Source: Cellvibrionales bacterium UBA1969 (GTDB lineage Bacteria > Pseudomonadota > Gammaproteobacteria > Pseudomonadales > UBA7434). From it: a DNA stretch of 64,000 nt. The notes under the pieces were generated by a model that made no database searches, was not told the origin of the DNA, and saw only the letters and a list, made by a program, of their open reading frames with translations. Below, piece by piece: positions 57,704-64,000 of the stretch; the stretch's first letter is position 1; every line of letters starts with the position of its first letter. Where the stretch lies: positions 4,058 to 68,057 of the forward strand of contig DDDX01000082.1 of the NCBI GenBank assembly GCA_002339085.1. Direction: 5' to 3'. The position numbers and the translations under genes were made by a program.

Positions 57704-59410
57704 ATGAAAGACATTATTCAGCAACTGATTCAGCAAGCCATCGACAATATGATTAGCAGTGAAGTGCTGCCGTCAATTGCCTTGCCGGCAATAAAGGTTG
57801 AACGCACTCGGGATTCAAGCCACGGCGATTTAGCCTGCAATATCGCTTTAGCGCTGGCAAAATCCAGCGGCCTTGCACCGCGCGAACTGGCAGCATTGAT
57901 CTGTGAAAACCTACCTGATAATGAGCTGGTACTAAGTACTGACATAGCTGGGCCGGGTTTTATTAATTTCTTTTTAGTCAAAACAACCCAAACGGATGTT
58001 GTGCTAAATATAATCGAGCAAGGCGAGCGCTTTGGCCAGAATCAAAACGGGCATGATAGCAAAGGACAGCCCAAGGCGGTTCAAGTAGAGTTTGTTTCGG
58101 CCAACCCAACCGGGCCATTACATGTCGGCCATGGTCGTGGCGCAGCGGTCGGCGACAGTATTTGTCGGCTTCTTAGCGCGAGTGGTTGGAATGTTACGCG
58201 CGAGTTTTACTACAACGATGCAGGCCAACAAATTAATAATTTAGCCGCCTCAGTACAATCGCGCTGCCAAGGTATTGGCCCCAACGACCCGCAATGGCCA
58301 GAAGACGGTTATCGAGGTGAATATATCACAGAGCTGGCCGCCTACTACATGGCCGGTAAGATGGTCAATGGTATCGCTGGTTTGGCCGATGCTGACAATC
58401 ATTCAGCCATTCGTGACTATGCCGTCGCTTACCTTCGCAATGAACAAGATATCGACTTGCAAGCCTTTCGCGTCGAGTTTGATGTATTTTCGCTGGAGTC
58501 AGACTTATATACCGACGGTAAAGTCGAGTCGACGGTAAAGACATTAATCGCTAACGGCTTCACTTATGAATCAGAAGGTGCACTTTGGCTTAAGACCACC
58601 GAATTTGGCGATGATAAAGACCGCGTAATGCGCAAGTCCGATGGCGGCTACACATACTTTGTACCGGATGTAGCCTACCATCTTGAGAAATGGCAGCGAG
58701 GCTTTACCACAGTGATCAATGAGCAAGGCGCAGATCACCATAGCACCATTACCCGTGTTAGAGCCGGCTTACAAGCTTTACAGGTTGGCATTCCACAGGG
58801 CTGGCCAGATTATGTTTTACACCAAATGGTTACCGTCATGCGTGATGGCGAAGAAGTTAAAATCTCAAAGCGCGCGGGTAGCTATGTCACCTTAAGTGAT
58901 TTAATTGAGCAAGTGGGCTGTGATACAACGCGTTATTTCTTAGTCGCTCGCCGTGCCGATTCACAGCTGACTTTTGATATTGACTTGGCCCTGCAAAAAA
59001 CTAATGATAACCCGGTTTTTTATATTCAATACGCGCACGCTCGAGTCTGCAGCGTCATGCGACAAGCCGCTGATAAGTCTCTGCCTTTTGATTTAACATT
59101 AGGCAAAGCAAACCTTGAGTTACTCGTTACCGATACCGAACTGGCCTTACTAAAAACCCTGGCCGCCTATCCTGATTGTGTCGCTAATAGTGCGCGCGAC
59201 TTCGCACCTCACAATATTGCCAGCTACTTGCGTGACTTAGCGGCCAATCTTCATGCCTGGTATGCCAGTGGTTCGCAACAAAAAGAATGGCAGTTATTAG
59301 TCGCAGATGACAAACTGCGCAACGCACGCTTAACACTAGCTGAGGCCAGTCGTCAGGTCATCGAAAACGGCCTAAACTTACTCGGCGTGAGTGCGCCCAC
59401 AAAAATGTAA
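57704..59410 (+). CDS. argS: arginine--tRNA ligase
   Basis: ANPTGPLHVGHGR (HIGH) and KISKRAGS (KMSKS-like). 568 aa. Confidence 0.95.
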   Translation: MKDIIQQLIQQAIDNMISSEVLPSIALPAIKVERTRDSSHGDLACNIALALAKSSGLAPRELAALICENLPDNELVLSTDIAGPGFINFFLVKTTQTDVVLNIIEQGERFGQNQNGHDSKGQPKAVQVEFVSANPTGPLHVGHGRGAAVGDSICRLLSASGWNVTREFYYNDAGQQINNLAASVQSRCQGIGPNDPQWPEDGYRGEYITELAAYYMAGKMVNGIAGLADADNHSAIRDYAVAYLRNEQDIDLQAFRVEFDVFSLESDLYTDGKVESTVKTLIANGFTYESEGALWLKTTEFGDDKDRVMRKSDGGYTYFVPDVAYHLEKWQRGFTTVINEQGADHHSTITRVRAGLQALQVGIPQGWPDYVLHQMVTVMRDGEEVKISKRAGSYVTLSDLIEQVGCDTTRYFLVARRADSQLTFDIDLALQKTNDNPVFYIQYAHARVCSVMRQAADKSLPFDLTLGKANLELLVTDTELALLKTLAAYPDCVANSARDFAPHNIASYLRDLAANLHAWYASGSQQKEWQLLVADDKLRNARLTLAEASRQVIENGLNLLGVSAPTKM

Positions 59411-59478
59411 AATGAAGACATCGTCTCACATAGCGTTAGTTAAACAGGCATCCTCCCCAGCCAAGGATACTATCGACC

Positions 59479-60033
59479 ATGGTCAATAAAAAAAGTAACG
59501 TAAAACCAAAAAAGAACAGGCCTCGCACAGGCCAGAAAAACTCAATTTCTAAGCTACGCATCGCATCGACCATCATTGTTACGCTAACATTTGCTAGTGG
59601 CTTGTATTTGATCAGCGGAATAAAAGTCAACAATATCAGTAATAAGCAATCATCCACCGATCAAACCATTCCAGAGCAAGAAAAATCGTTGAATAGGAAA
59701 CAGCAGGCATTTACTTTTTACGAAAGGCTGAAAGGCAATGCCGTCAATATCAAACAGCCCGAATCTTCTAGCAATGATACCAATGTAAAAAAAGAGACTG
59801 TTTATAGTATTCAAGCCGGCTCATTTAAAACAGAACAACAAGCCGAACAGCGGTTAGTCGAATTAACCTTATTAGGATTTGAACCTACCATTAGCGCATC
59901 TATTAATGCGTCAGGAAACCGCTGGCACCGAGTGATGATTGGGCCTTTTACGTCGCGTCGCGAAATGGCTGCAGCTCGATCACAGTTAATGACTAATAAA
60001 TTTGAAGCGATGGTAAGAGAAGAATCGCGATAA
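59479..60033 (+). CDS. SPOR-domain membrane protein (FtsN/DedD-like)
   Basis: N-terminal basic region plus TM (IASTIIVTLTFASGLYLI). C-terminal SPOR YSIQAGSFKTEQQAEQ...WHRVMIGPFTSRREMAAA. Confidence 0.75.
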   Translation: MVNKKSNVKPKKNRPRTGQKNSISKLRIASTIIVTLTFASGLYLISGIKVNNISNKQSSTDQTIPEQEKSLNRKQQAFTFYERLKGNAVNIKQPESSSNDTNVKKETVYSIQAGSFKTEQQAEQRLVELTLLGFEPTISASINASGNRWHRVMIGPFTSRREMAAARSQLMTNKFEAMVREESR

Positions 60034-60071
60034 CTTACCGTACAATGACCCACTAAATTTTAAAGGTACTA

Positions 60072-60620
60072 ATGATGGAGCAATACAGAGGAACCACGAT
60101 ATTATCAGTGCGACGCAACGGCCATGTTGTTATCGGTGGCGATGGCCAAGTCTCTATGGGGAACACCGTCATGAAAGGCAATGCTCGCAAGGTTAGGCGT
60201 TTATATCGCGGTGGCGTTATTGCTGGATTTGCCGGCGGCACCGCTGATGCCTTCGCCTTATTTGAACGATTTGAAGCACAACTCGAAAAATACCAAGGCC
60301 ACCTAACAAGAGCCGCCGTCGAGCTGGCCAAGGATTGGCGAACCGATCGCGCGCTCAGGCGCCTAGAAGCACTGTTGGCTGTTGCCGATGCCAAAACCTC
60401 ACTCATGATTACCGGCAACGGCGATGTTATTGAGCCGGAGGACAGCCTGATAGCCATTGGCTCAGGGGGACCTTTTGCTCAAAGTGCCGCTCGGGCATTA
60501 CTCGATAATACTGATCTAAGTGCTGAAGATATTGTCAAAAAAGGGTTAACGATAGCCGGTGATATCTGTATTTATACCAACCACAACCACACCATTGAAA
60601 GCCTAGAGGCTGAACAGTAA
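60072..60620 (+). CDS. hslV: ATP-dependent protease subunit HslV
   Basis: [22 protein letters not shown]-terminal Thr protease signature. Confidence 0.95.
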   Translation: MMEQYRGTTILSVRRNGHVVIGGDGQVSMGNTVMKGNARKVRRLYRGGVIAGFAGGTADAFALFERFEAQLEKYQGHLTRAAVELAKDWRTDRALRRLEALLAVADAKTSLMITGNGDVIEPEDSLIAIGSGGPFAQSAARALLDNTDLSAEDIVKKGLTIAGDICIYTNHNHTIESLEAEQ

Positions 60621-60656
60621 TAATTTTTGCCGCGGATAAAGAGGATAATCAGTTAG

Positions 60657-61973
60657 ATGTCGATGACACCAAGAGAAATTGTTCATGAACTCGATAGACA
60701 TATTGTTGGACAAGACGCAGCCAAACGAGCGGTCTCCATTGCTCTGCGTAATCGATGGCGGAGAATGCAATTAGCTGAAGATTTTCGCGGCGAAATAACC
60801 CCTAAAAATATTTTGATGATTGGTCCAACGGGTGTCGGTAAAACTGAAATAGCCCGCCGTCTCGCTAGACTCGCTAATGCGCCCTTTATTAAAGTTGAAG
60901 CCACAAAATTTACCGAAGTTGGCTATGTCGGACGCGATGTTGAATCCATTATTCGTGATCTTGTCGATGCTGCCATTAAAAACCGTCGTGAAAGCGCCGT
61001 GGCTAAAGTTGACTACCGTGCTAGCGAAGCAGCAGAAGAACGCATTTTAGACGTACTGCTTCCTCCGGCACGGGATATCGATAAAAACGACAAACAGACC
61101 CAGACCCGCCAACTCTTTCGAAAGAAATTGCGTGAAGGTGAACTGGATGAAAAAGAAATTAACATCGAGCTCAGTGATAGTCCTGTCGGTATTGAAATCA
61201 TGGCACCACCTGGCATGGAAGATATGACTAACCAACTACAGGGTATGTTTTCTAACTTTTCTAAAGATAAAAAAACCACTCGAAAGCTCATGGTTAAAGA
61301 TGCTTTTAAGCAATTGAAAGATGAAGAAGCTAATAAACTGATCAATCAAGATGAGCTTAAAGCCGATGCGATTCAAGCAGCAGAGCAAACTGGCATTGTC
61401 TTTATTGATGAAATTGATAAGGTAGCTAAACGGCAAGAAGCTAGTGGCGGTGATGTTTCTCGCGAAGGTGTGCAACGTGATCTTTTGCCTTTAATCGAAG
61501 GCAGCACTATCAGCACTAAGCACGGTTCGATAAAAACTGATCATATTTTGTTTATTGCCTCTGGCGCTTTTCACTTGTCAAAACCTTCTGACTTAATCCC
61601 TGAATTGCAAGGTCGTTTACCCATTAGAGTCGAGCTCGACCCACTGTCAGCAGATGATTTTGAAAAAATATTAATCGAGCCCCACGCCTCTTTAACCGAA
61701 CAGTATCAAGCGCTATTAGGAACCGAGGGCTTAAACCTTGAGTTTACTCCAGATGGGATTAGTCGGATTGCGAAAACTGCGTGGCAAGTTAATGAAAAAA
61801 CTGAAAACATTGGTGCACGTCGACTGCATACTATCCTTGAACGACTACTTGAAAGCGCGTCATTTGAAGCCAGCGACCTTAATGGTCAAAAGATAACTAT
61901 CGATCAAGATTATGTCGATCAACAACTTCAGGCGCTCGCTGCAGATGAAGATCTGAGCCGATTTATTTTATAA
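60657..61973 (+). CDS. hslU: ATP-dependent protease ATPase subunit HslU
   Basis: [48 protein letters not shown]. Confidence 0.95.
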   Translation: MSMTPREIVHELDRHIVGQDAAKRAVSIALRNRWRRMQLAEDFRGEITPKNILMIGPTGVGKTEIARRLARLANAPFIKVEATKFTEVGYVGRDVESIIRDLVDAAIKNRRESAVAKVDYRASEAAEERILDVLLPPARDIDKNDKQTQTRQLFRKKLREGELDEKEINIELSDSPVGIEIMAPPGMEDMTNQLQGMFSNFSKDKKTTRKLMVKDAFKQLKDEEANKLINQDELKADAIQAAEQTGIVFIDEIDKVAKRQEASGGDVSREGVQRDLLPLIEGSTISTKHGSIKTDHILFIASGAFHLSKPSDLIPELQGRLPIRVELDPLSADDFEKILIEPHASLTEQYQALLGTEGLNLEFTPDGISRIAKTAWQVNEKTENIGARRLHTILERLLESASFEASDLNGQKITIDQDYVDQQLQALAADEDLSRFIL

Positions 61974-62006
61974 ATCAGAAGATCACTAACTTAGCGAACA
62001 GAGTTC

Positions 62007-62390
62007 ATGGTGAAACCAGAAAAAATTCATTTACACAAACGCTCTAAACAACTTAAGCTTGTCTATGCTGATGAGCAACATTTTACCTTGAATGCTGAGT
62101 ACCTTAGAGTCTTCTCACCTTCGGCAGAGGTCAGAGGACACCACCCGAACCAAGCAACACTTCAAGTCGGAAAAAAAGACGTCGCCATCATATCAATTGT
62201 CGCTGTTGGTAATTACGCTATACAGATCTTTTTCGACGATCAACACAGCAGCGGTATTTATTCCTGGGAATACCTAAACCAACTCTGCATTCATCATGAT
62301 GAATATTGGCAACGCTACCTTGATCAATTGAAACAACAACAAAAATATCGCGAAGCCAATACTGAGATCATTAACGCCACCAAGCTTTAA
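62007..62390 (+). CDS. DUF971 (gamma-butyrobetaine hydroxylase-like N-terminal domain) protein
   Basis: 127 aa. LRVFSPSAEVRGH...VGNYAIQIFFDDQHSSGIYSWEYL pattern. Conserved position after hslU. Confidence 0.6.
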   Translation: MVKPEKIHLHKRSKQLKLVYADEQHFTLNAEYLRVFSPSAEVRGHHPNQATLQVGKKDVAIISIVAVGNYAIQIFFDDQHSSGIYSWEYLNQLCIHHDEYWQRYLDQLKQQQKYREANTEIINATKL

Positions 62391-62413
62391 TCATACCGGG
62401 CAGTATTATCGAT

Positions 62414-62875
62414 TTATTTTTTCATCCGAGAAGAAAAATCCCAAGCCGTTAGCCAATTAGGTGAAATGCATAGCACATATTCATCATTACTTCGGCTTAA
62501 CAGCCATTTTGCTAGATAGGACTCTGGATCAATCGCGTAGCGTTGAATAAGCCTCTCTAATAACTGTTCAGTATTGCCTAAGGTCATACTCACGGTGCCT
62601 TGGCCGCGGACACCACTATAAGGCATGCTGTCGGCGGCCACTTCAAAACCACATTTACTATTCAGCAAGAATCGTTTTGCTAATAGTGATGATTTGTGAG
62701 TGGCGCAAAAAAAACAGTTGTCCTGATACAAGAACCACAAAGACGAAACCAAAGGAAAACCATCAGTCCCAACGCTGGATATTCGTAAAGGTATTTTGCT
62801 GTTTAATAAGAAAAATTCAATTTCAGCTAAACTCATCTGGCTAGAATCCTTAACGACTACAGATTGCTCAGTCAT
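62414..62875 (-). CDS. pyridoxamine 5'-phosphate oxidase-like FMN-binding family protein (tentative)
   Basis: ATG 62875 with an AAGGG RBS (the ORF track uses TTG 62914). The split-barrel-like pattern PLRISSVGTDGFPLVSSLWFLYQDNCFFCATHKSS is only a weak family recall. Confidence 0.4.
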   Translation of the reverse strand: MTEQSVVVKDSSQMSLAEIEFFLLNSKIPLRISSVGTDGFPLVSSLWFLYQDNCFFCATHKSSLLAKRFLLNSKCGFEVAADSMPYSGVRGQGTVSMTLGNTEQLLERLIQRYAIDPESYLAKWLLSRSNDEYVLCISPNWLTAWDFSSRMKK

Positions 62876-63044
62876 TGCTACGCCCTTTTTTAAACGACAC
62901 CTACGCCTAATCAAATAAAACTAACGCCCATAGAATACAACTTACTGTTTCGCTTAGCTATCAAAAATGTAAGGCATAAAAATCCGCCTTTATACTATAT
63001 TCCTTCGGGATCTCTTTCTATCAGACTCACTAAAAGGAAAAAAC

Positions 63045-63431
63045 ATGAGCACAATCGTTAATATCTTATTTGCTGTAGCAATAATGCCCATTATTCTCAA
63101 TTTTATCAGTCATTATTTTAAGCATAAAGAATTCGGCGTAGTTGATAATAATAACCCTCGGCAACAGGCGGCCAGCCTCAGCGGTCCTGGCAGCAGAAGC
63201 ATTGCCGCACAACAAAATGCTTGGGAGGCATTAGCACTTTTTTCGGCGGCTATTTTAGGTGCCTATCTCATGGGCGCCAGCGCTGAGCAGATGTTAATGC
63301 CTGCTTATATCTTTCTTGCGATGCGAATCGCCCACGCTCTCTGTTACTTGGCTGACTGGGCAATCTTACGCTCTATTGTCTGGATTATCGGCTTGATTAG
63401 CTGCATTTGGATCATTCAACTTGGCAGCTAA
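63045..63431 (+). CDS. MAPEG-family membrane protein
   Basis: 128 aa, 3-4 TM helices. QQNAWEALALF and MRIAHALCYL...LRS blocks typical of MAPEG. Confidence 0.5.
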   Translation: MSTIVNILFAVAIMPIILNFISHYFKHKEFGVVDNNNPRQQAASLSGPGSRSIAAQQNAWEALALFSAAILGAYLMGASAEQMLMPAYIFLAMRIAHALCYLADWAILRSIVWIIGLISCIWIIQLGS

Positions 63432-63581
63432 GCGCAGGGCTTTATGATGGCGGCTCATGACCTTGAAGTGACTGCCTGGTAAACCGGTCTGTTTTCTTGC
63501 CGTCTAGAAGGGTACAATACTGCCGACCAGCTAGTCGAATATTAGCTTTAGGTATTCAGCTCGGCAAAGAAAGAGGCAGCA

Positions 63582-64000
63582 ATGAGCAACTCACACCCTG
63601 ACAATCATTCATCGGTTGATACTAAGGAATCAACCACTACCCACTTTGGCTTTCAGCAAGTAGATAAAGACCAAAAAGCTGGATTAGTCGGGGAGGTATT
63701 CACCTCGGTCGCTAGTCGCTATGACATCATGAATGATTTGATGTCAGCTGGTATTCACCGCCTCTGGAAACGTTTTACCGTTGAAGTCTCCGCCGTTCGA
63801 AAAGGCCATCGAGTCCTTGACCTCGCCGGCGGCACGGGTGACCTCGCAGCCAAATTCAGTCGCCTAGTCGGCGATCAGGGTGAAGTCATTCTGTCTGACA
63901 TCAATCAATCAATGCTGGCAACTGGACGCGATAAACAAACTGATTTAGGCAACACTGGCAATATCAGCTATGTACTAGGCGATGCCCAATATCTGCCATT
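63582..64000 (+). CDS. ubiE: ubiquinone/menaquinone C-methyltransferase UbiE, N-terminal part; continues beyond the window
   Basis: Manual translation from ATG 63582: MSNSH...[47 protein letters not shown]...[20 protein letters not shown]. Near-colinear with E. coli UbiE. Absent from the ORF track because it is open at the window edge. Confidence 0.9.
   Translation, partial: MSNSHPDNHSSVDTKESTTTHFGFQQVDKDQKAGLVGEVFTSVASRYDIMNDLMSAGIHRLWKRFTVEVSAVRKGHRVLDLAGGTGDLAAKFSRLVGDQGEVILSDINQSMLATGRDKQTDLGNTGNISYVLGDAQYLP

Noticed and set aside
60053-60457. 134-aa minus-strand ORF overlapping hslV
   Set aside because: It is antisense to a highly conserved HslV coding sequence. It has an Ala/Ser/Arg-rich shadow-ORF composition and no RBS.

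Overview
This is a chromosomal segment of a gammaproteobacterium. GC is uneven, about 37-57% in the 60-nt lines I counted by hand. A marine origin is an inference from the TonB-receptor and PEP-CTERM-type content.

From about 36 kb rightwards the gene order matches the Pseudomonas-type core order as I remember it: hemE / gltB / AAA+SPOR / aroB / aroK / [pilQ..pilM] / ponA / malic enzyme / L31 / priA / argS / SPOR / hslVU / DUF971 ... ubiE. The left part holds secreted VPxPA-CTERM proteins with a TonB receptor, an acyl-CoA processing cluster, bioB-bioF-bio(H-C)-bioD, modABC, a c-di-GMP regulator, and a TonB-receptor / citrate-synthase-fold / ThDP-enzyme cluster beside a sensor pair.

I support about 50 protein-coding genes, one decayed gene, a few terminators and one operator-like site. 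I saw no rRNA, tRNA, CRISPR array, transposase or integrase.

Best candidates for something new:
- **Glutamate synthase partner swap.** An oversized 1828-aa GltB is followed 9 nt later by a CysJ-type diflavin reductase, exactly where gltD normally sits.
- **TonB-receptor operon with degenerate citrate-synthase-fold proteins.** Two overlapping paralogues appear to have all three catalytic residues replaced. They sit next to an atypical ThDP enzyme and a divergent binding-protein/histidine-kinase pair.
- **BioH-BioC fusion protein.**
- **Three consecutive VPxPA-CTERM (exosortase-type) secreted proteins**, including a GDSL lipase.
- **A pilQ relic** marking loss of pilMNOPQ.

All family assignments come from reading motifs by eye. 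No database search was possible.
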